A stretch of DNA of 64,000 bases, from NCBI GenBank assembly GCA_951406725.2, contig OX597825.1:85250001-85314000 (forward strand), in the 5' to 3' direction. Positions 27,555 through 41,227 of this stretch are shown piece by piece (positions within the stretch are counted from its first letter, which is position 1; each line of letters starts with the position of its first letter). This DNA comes from Octopus vulgaris (taxonomy: Eukaryota). The notes below the pieces were generated by a model. That model saw only the letters and a program-made list of their open reading frames with translations. It searched no databases and was not told the origin of the DNA. A program made the translations under genes and the position numbers.

Positions 27555-28498
27555 TTTATATATATATACATATATACTCTTTACCAATAGTTTCATATAA
27601 GAATGATCCTCTCAGTTGTTGAAGCGTGTCACATGGAAGTGTTGATATTAGTCTCCAGCGTGGATGAGAATACATATAATATATATACACATACACGCAT
27701 ACACACATTCATATATGGAAATGCACGTAATTTGCCAGAATGAACCGAGGAGAGTGAATGGAGCAACAGCTAACATTACCAACATAATAAAAACACGTTT
27801 TGAAAACCCGTTATAAATATCCCACGCAACATTTAACAAAGGTGGAGGGCGGAGCCGGTTCAAAATTGATTCTTTTTATAACTAAAAGACGGAGGAGCGG
27901 AGGGCAGAATTTAAATTGAAAATGATAAGGTAAGGAAGCTGAATTCTTCAAAACAAACCAACTCCTGCTATATTTAGCGAAAAGGAAATCCACAAAAAAG
28001 CTAAAGCTAAAATGAGAATATTTTAATGAATGTTATTGTTGGTGTTGCGTTAGCTGCTACTAGTTGGTCTCGGTGTTGTTGTTGTTGTTGCTGTTGTTGT
28101 TGCGGTTGTAATTACTGTTTACGGGGATGTCTTCTGACTGTTATGTTTATCGATCGGTTCCATAGCTTCGTCTTTGAATTCCTTGTGTGTGTTCTACTCA
28201 GGCGATTGTATTGATGGCCAAGAATTTGAAAGATTTTGGCAGATTGCCGAATATTTCCTGTTTCATATCATATCATATGTGTGGGTGGGTGTGTGGGCGT
28301 GTGTGTATGCCTGTCTATCTGTGAGTGTATGTGTGTGTGTACGCATCCATGTGTACATATATACACCCGTGAGCAATCCCTCACCCATGACATTCATGTA
28401 TGTATACATGCATACTTTTGCACATGCTAACGAACATGTAAACGCTACAGATATGTGTGTGTATGCTCACCATGCTTTTACATACACATACATACGCG

Positions 28499-28551
<53 letters not shown>

Positions 28552-28597
28552 ATATATTTGTGTGTATAAGAATATATATACATATATATATATACAT

Positions 28598-28634
<37 letters not shown>

Positions 28635-29489
28635 CACGCATGTATATATACGGACACACATATATCTGTATATATAGAGAGACAAACATATTTATGGGTA
28701 TATATATATGTGTGTGTGTGTGCGTGCATGTATGTATGCTTGTGTGTCTCTATGTCTGTATGTATGTATGTCTGTATGTCTGTATATATTTAGAGAGAGT
28801 AAGAAAGATTCCTTCATGCTTAAATGAATCTTAGTTCGTTCTCTAGTTTGGATACATTTTTCTTCCCAACTATTCTGGTTTTCCTATTTTCATTTTCTAT
28901 TTTTAATTCTGTTGCAGTTCTTGTTGCATATCTTTTCAGTTCTAGCTTCTGCTTTAATTATGTAACCGCACAATATTCTAGAAAGATAGGAATATCTCTT
29001 GAACCCTATAAAAATTTCCCCACACAAAAGGAATACACTTTTTTTGATTGGTGACGTCAAGGTATCCGACCGCCAAACCTCTGGAACTTTGCTGACGATG
29101 AAAGGAAGCAACTTATAATGGCAATTGTGTGATATTACTGTTTAGACGAGACCAGCCGTTGAGAAAGTTCCAGATGTGACCACCTGGTGGTTCCTTGGTG
29201 ACACACTTCATGTTCCATAAAATGTAGAGTCTTGTAGTGTCTAAGTATATATGTATGTATATCCATATATAAGTGTATAAAGGTATATACACACAAAGAG
29301 AAGCCCTCTGACATACTAGAAAGGGCAGTTAAACCCAACCACGAAAAGGTAATTCAAAAGGCACGACGATAAAGCACTAGAACGAAAGGAATTATTATTA
29401 TTAGTTAATCTCATACTCGAATTTCCCTATTAATAAGCAAATAAATTAATTTGTCATCTGTAGTTCGTCAGTGAGATCGCTGAAACAAA

Positions 29490-29560
29490 GCATAATTATG
29501 TAGCTCAACCAATCACTGAACGATGCATAATTATGTAGCTCAACCTATCACGGAACGATG
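29490..29560. repeat. Tandem 35-bp duplication
   Basis: GCATAATTATGTAGCTCAACC(A/T)ATCAC(T/G)GAACGAT occurs twice. Confidence 0.9.
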
Positions 29561-30038
29561 ACAAGAATATTACAAGAGAGACCAGTCTCTCGACTCAATT
29601 CACAGAGACACCCTTTCCAGTGTCAGGCCCTGATGAATAAATAACCACTCCGAAATGCATGCATCCCACAGACTGGTTAGGCTTCGATGAGAACTGACTT
29701 GGTGTATTTACCTCTATTTGTCTACAGCGAGAAATTTTCTCCGTGACAGAACAAGGTGAATGAGCTTTGTTAAGGGCTTCAATAAGCCTCAAGCATGTTT
29801 GAACTGGTTACAAGTTTGCGCACGCACACACACACATACACACACTCATGGACTCACACACACATATATATATATGTATATATACCTTCCAATGAAGGCT
29901 AAGCACACCAAACCATCGAAGTTGCTGCCAATGTTATTCTTGTTAGAGAAAAATAAATATGTACTCTACAAAATTCATTGAGCAATACTTCTGTTTAAAG
30001 TACGATTGTTTTTATTATGCCTTAAGATTATAAATATA

Positions 30039-30147
<109 letters not shown>

Positions 30148-30178
30148 ATATGTACGTGCGTGTATGCATATATCTGTG

Positions 30179-30244
<66 letters not shown>

Positions 30245-30807
30245 TATACATATGGTTATATATTAATGTTTGTTGAGTTGCAATATACATAATTGATAAT
30301 ACGTATATGTGTGTATGTATGTGTTTGTGTTTGTATATATATATATGTGTGAATGTATATTTATGTGTTTTGATGACTGTAGCATAAATACAAATATGCG
30401 TATGTATATATTCATTCGATAAATCATATTCTAAGTGGATATATATATCTATATATGTGTGTATGTGCGTTTGGAAGTGTGTGTGTGCGCGCGCGCGTAA
30501 AATTTTGTTTGTAAACAGTTGCTGAACAGATGTTTTTACCAGAGATTTCAGTAACTAAATTATCACACTCACATATACACACACTCAAACACACACACAC
30601 ATGCACACCCACACACACACACACGCACACACACACATATATATATATACGTGTGTGTGTATGTGCACATGCGTGTGTGTGCGTGTGTGTGTATGTGCAC
30701 ATGCGTGTGTGTGCGTGTTTGTATATGTACGTATGTATGTATAGATATGTATGTATGTATTTATGTACGTTTGTATGTATAGATACGTATCTATGTATGT
30801 GTTTCAC

Positions 30808-30981
30808 CAATCTTCTAAAGTGATGAACAGTTGCATAAATTGACGTAATTACGTTTCTAATAATTTCTCCAGCGTCGAGATGAAAGTCAATAGACGCATC
30901 TTGGTAGGAGATTAAAGCGATAAATGTAGGACACCTTTTTCTCCTGCACTCTAGCAGATGTGCCAATTCTTCCCTAGATAA
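30808..30981 (-). other. Candidate 174-bp exon, open in phase 0, product unknown
   Basis: Acceptor tttctcttgtAG; reads LSREELAHLLECRRKRCPTFIALISYQDASIDFHLDAGEIIRNVITSIYATVHHFRRL; weak donor GTGAAA. No recognisable domain. Confidence 0.2.
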
Positions 30982-31224
30982 CTACAAGAGAAATCTCAAC
31001 TTTTAAATATTGATACGTGTGCCAAAATCGGTAGATACCATGATATAATGAATTTCTCTGAAGACGCCGTAAAAGCCGGTATGCGGTCTTTTACTTGGAG
31101 TCTATCGACTAATTTCCTTCCTCACGAGTGGTAGCCGAAGTGAGGACTACCTCACGAGTGGTATTTTAGTGGAGGACAAATGAGATGAAAGACGCCGGTT
31201 TCTTTCTTTAATTTTTTTAATCTT

Positions 31225-31400
31225 TTATATCTTACTGGTGTCAGTTATCAGACCACTGCCATGCTGGGGCACAGCCTTGAAGAATTTGTTTCTTTTTTAA
31301 GCTTGATACTTTTTCTATCCCTCTCGTATGCCGAACCGCCAAGTTACGGGGACGGAAACACACAAACACTGGTTGGTAAATGGAAGGCACACACACAAGA
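31225..31400 (-). mobile_element. SINE family B, 3' half
   Basis: GCCATGCTGGGGCAC...GCCGAACCGCCAAGTTACGGGGACGGAAACACAC is the reverse complement of the family B 3' half. Confidence 0.8.
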
Positions 31401-31404
31401 CGAG

Positions 31405-31442
<38 letters not shown>

Positions 31443-31552
31443 GTTATAGCATAGCGTATATTTCTATCTTTTACTGATGCACATCGGCAAACTAAATGCA
31501 ATCTCTTCCCATGCCTCCCCATTTCTCAATCCCACTCCATGTATATATATAT

Positions 31553-31770
31553 GATTGTGTGTCCGTGTTTGCCTCCCCCCTCACTGTCGCTTGAAAACCG
31601 ATGTCTGTGTGTTTATCTCTCTGTAACTTATCGGTTCGGCATAAAAGACCGATAGAATAGGTAGTTGGTTTACAAAGAATAAGTCCTCAGATCGATTTCT
31701 TCGACGAAAGTCGGTGCTCCAGCATGGCTGCAGTCAAATAACTGAAACAAGTGGGAAAAAAATAAAAGAA
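31553..31770 (+). mobile_element. SINE family B, 3' half (inverted relative to the 31225 copy)
   Basis: CGCTTGAAAACCGATG...GTAACTTATCGGTTCGGC...CCAGCATGGCTGCAGTCAAATAACTGAAACAAG. Confidence 0.85.
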
Positions 31771-32719
31771 TAACGAACAAATTAAAAAATTCTCCAATTC
31801 TTTTGCGGAAGTCATGAAGCCCCAAATTTTGTTATTTCTTACTGAAGATAGACACAACACCCGACATGAAGACGTCATGACTCGCTTCATGTTTTTTGAG
31901 AAAAAATACAAAACAATAACATCCTGGAATATACAACTCAATAGAAAGGTTAACATAAAAATAAAAAGCTATAAGTTACGCCATTCCAATGCGAACTTCA
32001 TATTCTTCGCATCAGCAAAATTTATAAAATAAATAAGGACACCGGAGAGTCTGACTTCTCCCCTAAAGACTTATTTCAGACTGATGTATGCAATGATAAA
32101 TAACTTAAATAAACTCACAGGAAATAAACAATTGAAATGATAGTTTATCTTCACCTAAAGTTAAAATATCCAATATACAAAGCCAGAAATATAAATACGC
32201 TCTGTGTTGTTAAAATATAAACAGATATGTTTATGTCTATCGCCTGTTTATATCCTATGCGTCTGCATCTGTTTTTTTTTTCTTTTTCTTGATGTGGCTC
32301 GTATGTCTTGAACAAATATTAGTTTCTGCTTACCTGGATTATCAAGATAAAGCTACAATATAGTAAATAAGATGTCATGTGTTGGAAAGTAGCAGGAAAA
32401 TAAATAAATACAATGAAACAAAAAAAAAGAAACGGAAGAGAAAATATTTGCGAAGAGACGATGAAAATATTCATTTAAGAAAATGAGAAATTCTTTCTGC
32501 AACATATAGAGGTGTATGTGTGTGTCTGTTTGTGTATGGCTATATGCTTATGTATATAATATATGTACACACACGCACAAACGTATGTATATTCACCGAT
32601 ACACACATTTACACATACATATATTTACACACACACATATAAATATCCATTTATTCATATATATATATATAGTATGTATATATATGTATAAATCCAGTTA
32701 TATATATAGTTAAACGTAT

Positions 32720-32794
<75 letters not shown>

Positions 32795-32948
32795 GATAGA
32801 TAGATAGATGCTTATGTATATAATATATGTACACACACACACACATAAATATCCATTTATTCATATACATATATATATATATATTTATATTTATATATAT
32901 ATATATTTATATAAATATTTGTATATATATATATATATACACACACAT

Positions 32949-32985
<37 letters not shown>

Positions 32986-33570
32986 AAAAGATAGATACTT
33001 AAGTAGATATATATATACGTATATATATACAGACACACACATATAGATAGACAGATAAATAGATACATAAGTGTGTGTCTGTATATATATATGTATTATC
33101 TATTATATACACATAGAAAGATATACTCAAGCAAACAGTGTATATACATATATATGTACACGCACGTATTGATATGTGTGTGTATGTGTGTGTGTTTACA
33201 TATATATGCATATATGTATGTATATATGTTCATCTGTATGTATGTATGTATGTATGTATGTAGAGATATGCATGTTGATCACAGTTGTATGAAAAATAAA
33301 AACTTATTATTTACAAAGCAAATATGTATATTTTTGAGTGTTTTGCAAATTGTATCAGTGTGTAGCAATCAAATTATGGCAGGAAATTAAAATTTTTCTT
33401 TGAATAGCGCTTAAATGTGATTCCCAGAATATTTGCATGTCATCACGCGAAAGAGAATGGAAAAGATTTAATTTTTATGATTAGTGTAGCCTGAAATATA
33501 TCTTCTGTTGTTGACTTTCTGTGAAACGTAAAGCAATGAAGGACGAGAAATATTGACATCACTTAACATT

Positions 33571-33621
<51 letters not shown>

Positions 33622-33704
33622 TTCTGTATATATATATATCCCTCTATATATAGCTCTCTCTGTACTCATATAAACATGTTCATATATACATACATACATA
33701 CACG

Positions 33705-33752
<48 letters not shown>

Positions 33753-33771
33753 ATGTGTGTGTGTGTATAAC

Positions 33772-33937
33772 TGGGATCCCCTTCGGTCGCGACTAACCAT
33801 GGAATTGCACCTAGAAAGTTACCCTTCTAGGCAAAAGTCCGGGCAAGGTTGTTTTGTGGAAGGCCAGCAGTCGCCCATACATACCAGCCTCTCCTCTCCA
33901 CGCCACCGATGTTATCTTAGGGAAACGGCAAAGGCCG
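33772..33937 (-). mobile_element. SINE family C tail type 2, 5'-truncated
   Basis: Reverse complement of 42990-43155 (CCCTTCGGTC...CCATGGAATTGCACCTAGAAAGTTACCCT...CCGATGTTATC). Confidence 0.85.
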
Positions 33938-34282
33938 AAAGCAAAATGTAAAGCTCTGTATAAGTTTTGTTGTGTTAAGTTCTGGTTATCACAAAAGTAT
34001 TAAAATACAGATATACAAGTATGTATTTAAGAAAATATATAGAACGGGACTATGAAAAGTATTCTGGGTTCAATAAAAATCATGTTTGTTTGGTAGTATA
34101 TATATATATATAATATATATATACTACCAAACAAACATAATTTTTATTGAACTCATGATAATTTTTGTAGTCCTGTTCTTAATATTTTCTTAAATACTTT
34201 CTTGTATATCTGTATTTTAATACTTTTGTGATAACCAGAACTTAACACAACAAAATTTATACAGAGCTTTACATTTTGCTTT
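33938..34282. repeat. ~345-bp palindrome (~170-bp arms) centred on a (TA)n tract
   Basis: AAAGCAAAATGTAAAGCTCTGTATAAG...TTTGGTAG(TA)n is mirrored by CTACCAAA...TATACAGAGCTTTACATTTTGCTTT. Confidence 0.95.
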
Positions 34283-34380
34283 TGACAATCTTTTTCTGCA
34301 AAAGTGAAACCGGTGAAGTCAATAAACATCTTTAAAATTGCATTTTCAAACCTTCTTTCATATATATTTCCACTCGTCCG

Positions 34381-34425
<45 letters not shown>

Positions 34426-35294
34426 TAAACTAAGGTAGAAATAAAAGTGATATAAGTCATTATTGTGAATTGCTAAAGAGATTCAAAAGCATACCGGTTT
34501 CGTAAATTACTGTTCACTGGTTTTCAATGCGTACCGATTGCCGAAGAGTGTCAAGTCTACTAGTCCCTGAGCAGAAAGATTATGTGTAAGGGATGTATGT
34601 AGTTCTGTATTTGGTGCAATTAGAGTAGATATAATACTGTAATGTGAATGGTGTTTGTTATGTATGGGGATTAATGGTATTAATTGAAAGGTTAGTAGTG
34701 TTTTGTATTATGTTATGTGTTCATATATATATATATATATGCGCGCGTGAGTAGATGTATATATGCGCGCCGAAAATTTCTATGCATAACTGCTTACGAT
34801 GTATATATGTAAATATGAAGCTAAATATAATATGGCAATTTAAATTAATTTAAAATAAATTTCCTGCTGGTCATAAGGAATCATATTTTCCAGATTTGAG
34901 AACCATTTTATTCTCATTATATTTCCATTTTCCAAGACAAACATTTGACGTTAGACAAGTATGAAACAAACAATACATTAGTAACACATATTAATGTTCT
35001 TTTCCTGAATTCATGTATACAGATATCTGGATAAACACACGAACACATACACACACACACAACACACACACACACGCAGACATCCTCGCGAGCACACACA
35101 CACGTACATATATAATGATGTTAATTTTTTCATTGACATAAAGAAACATATCTTGCTTCTTATATTTTGTCTGAGATATTATCTCAACTGCAACGCCTCC
35201 TGACGACGGATTTTGCGATACTGAAATATATTTAACACAAGAAAGAGATTATTCTAGTACAAGTATGTGTGAGTATGCGAGTACAAACACACAG

Positions 35295-35360
<66 letters not shown>

Positions 35361-35376
35361 CTGTGTGTGTGTGTGG

Positions 35377-35435
<59 letters not shown>

Positions 35436-36929
35436 AACATATATACTTACATATATATATAAACATATATATATGGATATATATAATTGTGAACATATGC
35501 ATGTATATGTGTGTTTGTGTGCGTATACAGTTATATAATACAATATAACGGGTACATAAATATACACACACATGAATAAATGTATGAAGGCATATTACTT
35601 ATACACATACACACGCCTATATATACGTATGTATATATATATATATATATGATTGAATGTATGTATTTGTAACCATATACATGCATTATTATATGTATAC
35701 ACACACACATATATATATGCACATCTGTGTTCACACATGTACGTAGGTGTTTCTACATTTACATAAGTATATATGTTTGCTTTTGTATTTGTGTATATGT
35801 TGTAAATACATATATACGCAAATGTATGTATGTATGTGTGTATGTATGTATGTATGTATGTATGTATGTATGTATGTATGTATGAGCGTAACTATTTTCT
35901 CTCGCTGCACATAATAATTTTCCCTCTTTCATCTTCGTGTGCTCTCCTAGTTCTATCGTAACTAAAACCATTTAATTTAATCGTCTTCTTTGCACTGTTT
36001 CATATTTTTATTCTTTCAATCCTTCTTTATTTCGAAATCCTCATTAAAATATTAAGTTTCCTCGTCCGCTTAAATATGGAGCCACTTTTTCCAACCCCTT
36101 CTGAATCTTATATTTCTCTCTTTCACCATCACTCTATAACTACCCATTAGAAAAAGACAAATATATTAGTAGTTATAAAGTAAGAAGTTATAAGGTATAA
36201 ATCTTTCTTTCTCTTTCACTATCTTTCTATAACAACCTCCCTATCTATATTTCTCTCTCTTCTTGCACAGTATATCTGCTAATATATCCGCTTGTTTCTT
36301 ATAATATTTCTCTATAACCACTTTTAAATATATCTCTCTCACTCTCTCAATTTCATATTACATCATAACTACTTATATATCTGTCTTTTTTTCCGTCTAT
36401 TCGTAACAACGCATATATTTATCTCACTGTTTTCTCCTCCCACCTCTCTCTCTCTCTCTCTCTCTTATTTACTATAAATTAAAGGGAGCTAACATCGTTT
36501 AGTTTCCACACACCTTCAATTACGTGAAACCAACTCAACGCTAAAATCTAGCAAATCCTTTGAGACTCACTATTATTATAATTCTCATTTTTTCTTCTTC
36601 TCCTCCTTCTTTCCGTATATTATCCAACGAGATTAATAATAATCGCCTGAGAACGACAATATGAGGAGAAATATCGAACCTAAAAGAAAATAAATTTTCG
36701 GAAGAACATTTTATAGATTGCTTTCATTCAATTTCCTCTAATTTAATTGCATTATTTTAATAAAATACCCGAATTTAACGTCTCCGTAAGACTCAATTAC
36801 AAGGAGCGTGGATATTAGAAAAAATATGATTAAATATGTAAACTTCATGCTTGCGAAATTGTAAAAGTAGAAACATATCTTCTTAGACATGTATTGTATT
36901 CATGCGGGTGGAATTTAGGGTATAATTTG

Positions 36930-37138
36930 CGTGTGCAGACAATTCGTCGACAGACAATTCGCCGATTAGACAACAAGTCGGCATACAGAAGCATCGATCA
37001 CGGAGTTTGTTTTTAAAAAATTGTCGAGATATTGTCCTTTCGGTAAATTGTCCAATCGGTCAATTGTCCAGTCTGTAAGTTGTCTGTAGGCCAATTATCT
37101 GTTGGCCAACTGTCCGTCGACGAATTGTCCGTCTACCG
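36930..37138. mobile_element. Non-autonomous foldback DNA element with arrays of 15-16-bp subterminal repeats
   Basis: About three GACAATTCGTCGAC-type units on the left and about seven inverted GTCGNCNAATTGTCC units on the right, ending in GTCTACCG. Confidence 0.75.
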
Positions 37139-37319
37139 TAAATCGTGCCCTCCAACAGATTGGAACTGTTTTCTTGGATCAATGCTGTATTTACAAGAGT
37201 ATAGTTAGCAGAGGGCCCCTCAGATCTTTCTATGAGTCACCATTGCTTTCCCGCTACCGATTCCAATAATGACTTTATTTATATTCAATAGAAACCAGTC
37301 AAAGTGTTTTACGTTTTTG

Positions 37320-37570
37320 TGCTTAAACCCTTCGCTCCATATGCAACATGGATCATCGACAACTTTTGTCTACACTTATAGACGCTGGGCTGTCTTTTCT
37401 GCTTTTCTTCAGTTTGAACCTTCTTTCTTCGGCTCATCCTCAGCACCCCGACTCCAGCTATTTTGGGGGCGTCCTCTCTCTCAATTCCTTTCTGACTTCC
37501 AGGATATCCAGAGCTTTGGTCATCTTCAAGACCCTCTCATCCCCTCCAAAATTCCGATGCCTCCTTTTAC
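37320..37570 (-). mobile_element. RTE-clade LINE 3' end remnant
   Basis: Minus translation SWKSERN*ERGRPQNSWSRGAEDEPKKEGSN*RKAEKTAQRL*V*TKVVDDPCCIWSEG matches the RTE terminal pattern W...G.R.RGRP..TW.R..E.E....G..W..A...AQ.R..W...V..LC. Confidence 0.75.
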
Positions 37571-37931
37571 ACAGCTGATTAAAATGGAGCATCTTCTAAT
37601 GCGGCAACCATGTCTGTATATGTCATTAGGGGATTAACCTTTAAACCACCACGATGCTAACTTTTGTCCATCTCCGAAAGAAGTCGCTTTCAGTTACTTC
37701 TGAAGTCACATTGGAACAGGTAGCTGGTCAGTTTACCTGAAGAAAAAAAAAACAATGCAATTATTAATAAGCATAGCTGAAATGAATGCATGCAAGATGT
37801 TCCATCTCTAGCGCCACTGGTTTACTGTCAGCCTCTGAACTTTTCAGCCAACCATCATATGTTAGAAGATTCTGCAGAACTAAAAGTAACCAAGACATCA
37901 AGATACGCCTCGAATTGTATTATTCACAATG

Positions 37932-37972
<41 letters not shown>

Positions 37973-38302
37973 CATACATACATACATACATACATACATA
38001 CATACATACATACATAAATACATACATACATACATATATATATATAAATTACACACACTCACACACCTATGTATATGCATATATATAACCACACATACAT
38101 ATATACGTATATATATATATAAATGTATATAGATATGTATACACATATATATATATACATATACACATATGGAGTGCGTCCTCTCCGAACGGTGCAATTA
38201 GCTTATAAAATTTGGTAGCTTTATATTTATACACATGTATTTACGTGTGTGTGTGTGTGTGTGTGTGTGTTGTGCGGGGGGGGTGTACTATATTGAAATT
38301 AT

Positions 38303-38463
38303 CCCCCACCACTGCTTCACAACGTATGTTGTGTTTGGGTTACTGTAACCTGGTTTTTCGTCAAAACAGACCTTTAGAATAAGTATTAGGCTTACAAAGA
38401 ATAAGTCCTGGATTCGATGTGTTCGACTAAAGGGGTACACCAGCATGGCCGCAGTTAAATTTC

Positions 38464-38467
<4 letters not shown>
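38303..38467 (+). mobile_element. SINE family B, 3' fragment
   Basis: AGAATAAGTATTAGGCTTACAAAGAATAAGTCCTGG...CCAGCATGGCCGCAGTTAAAT. Confidence 0.8.
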
Positions 38468-38521
<54 letters not shown>

Positions 38522-38531
38522 GGTGTGTGTG

Positions 38532-38592
<61 letters not shown>

Positions 38593-38808
38593 GTGTGTGT
38601 GTGGAGGAGTTCTTCCCCTTAAAAGACAACAACTGTTATCAGCGACGGTTCAAAGAAACAGCAGAAGGGTGTCTTCAGATGGTGCAACACAATGGCCTAT
38701 AATCTGAATGCAAGGCTGTTTTTGTTATAACTTGACGAAAAAAAGAAATAAAGTTACGAAATCACTGCAGAACGTTTGGGTGAACACTTTATATTCATTA
38801 GGAATTAA

Positions 38809-38846
38809 TAACTTGTTTCGGTTTGAGAACCTTCGGCAGTTTATAA
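38809..38846 (-). ncRNA. Degenerate PLE-type hammerhead ribozyme motif
   Basis: Minus strand: CTGCCGA-A-GGTT-CTCA-AACC-GAAAC-AA-GTT. Stem II is intact, core A6 is mutated and stem I is poor. Confidence 0.45.
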
Positions 38847-39439
38847 TAATACGGGGAAACATCAACAAGTTAATGAAGTGACTGAGAGGACTAGAGTAAA
38901 GATAACGCATATTATAAGTATCGATAACATATGTGATAAGCATAAGATGAAGCAGCAAAGTGTGCGATTGAACGCTAGTTGTAGAAACAGTTCATTTAGT
39001 TTAGTCATTGAAAGGAATTTGTGTTTGTGATCAATTGACATTTGAAAGTTACGACGGAGGTCCTTAATTGTATTAGGAGTAAATGATAAGATCGAGAATA
39101 TCACATAAGGCTTTCAAGCGATTTACTCTTAGCTTCTTTGTAAAAGAAAATAAGCCAAACTGACAAGGTGAGGATTTCTGAGACAAAATGGCGGCGGCAG
39201 AATCAGAAGAGCGTTTAAAAAATATAGGAGACAAAAGAAAAAGACCCGTTAATTTATCACTTAAACATTAACCGAGTCTTTATCTGTCGCGTTGCTACTA
39301 CTTAGCTGTTAAATCAATCATCTTCATCATCAATCATTTTCAAATCCATTGACAGCGCTCAACACAAAAGGAATACAAAAGAGAAAACATTACCGAAAAA
39401 ACAAACAAACGCTCCAATACACAGACACATCATAAATAT

Positions 39440-39930
<491 letters not shown>

Positions 39931-40527
39931 TCATTCTTTCATCTTTATCATCAGTATTTATCTGCAACATAAATCTCTTTGACATATTTTTTTCCCGTAT
40001 TCAGAAAATTTAAAGATGCCTATACATAGAAGAACCATGTTGGCTTTTTTCTTCTCTTTTTTTTTCTTCTTCTTTTTAGCTTTCTTTCCGAACCTGCGAT
40101 CGATTCTAAATTCTTCTACCATTATTTTTCTTGTTTCTCTTTTCCTTCTCGCGTGTTTATATTAGTTCCCCAACGGTTCTATTTGGTTTTTCTTCTTTTC
40201 GTTTTCGTTAACATAATAGATGTGCTGTTGTTGTTATTGTTGTTTTTGCTGTTATCGTATTTTTTAAGTGTCTACCTGTGAAGTTCTGGGCTGAACTAAA
40301 CATAACGAATAAGAGCTTATCTCACACTGCCCCCACAAGAGTAAGACCAATATCGTTACCATCACCGTCGAGCAGTCACTCAAGAAAACTAACACACCAG
40401 CAACTACCACGCAGTTGTCTCTAATCGCTATCGCAACAATCGCCATCACACACCGCTTCCGAAGCAGACAATTTCCTTTCATCACAATTCCATCTTTTGT
40501 AGTCTCAACACAGGCAACAACCAAAAG

Positions 40528-40614
<87 letters not shown>

Positions 40615-40795
40615 AGATTAATAATAATGTTGATGGTGATGATAAGATGACGTTTCACATTTATAGAGAAACACTTACATCGTTTTGCTTCGTTGTTTGT
40701 ATATGTATGCATACATGTGTGTGTGTGTGCATAACTATACAAGTATATACACAGATGCACAGATATATTTGTTCATATACATATATACATACATA

Positions 40796-40855
<60 letters not shown>

Positions 40856-40893
40856 AACATAAACACACAAACAAATATACATATATATATATA

Positions 40894-41130
40894 AGAATGC
40901 AAATATGGGACATGAAAAAACAAGGACGGGTCATTCGGAGTTTTCTTTCGTCAGTCGAGTTCCAGAACTCAACTGACGAAACAAAACTCCGAATGACCCA
41001 TCATTGTTTTTCCATATCCCTTTCTGTATCATCCAACTGAATGGATGTTTTTTTGTTACCCGTTGCACTGTTGTCCCATTTTTTGTATTCTTTTTTCATA
41101 TACATATAGCAGCGTACGCACTTTGGTCTC
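40894..41130. mobile_element. Foldback element between (TA)n tracts (same family as 18293)
   Basis: Inner near-perfect hairpin at 40916-41010 (GGGTCATTCGGAGTTTTCTTTCGTCAGTCGAGTTC / GAACTCAACTGACGAAACAAAACTCCGAATGACCC). Outer pairing AAGAATGCAAATATGGGACA / TGTCCCATTTTTTGTATTCTT. Confidence 0.85.
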
Positions 41131-41137
41131 ATACATG

Positions 41138-41227
<90 letters not shown>

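Noticed and set aside
35190-35235. CTGACGA...GAAATATATT hammerhead-like motif
   Set aside because: Stems I and II do not pair convincingly.
36930-37138. CRISPR or iteron array
   Set aside because: Units are contiguous, have no spacers and are inverted between the two ends; a transposon subterminal array fits better.
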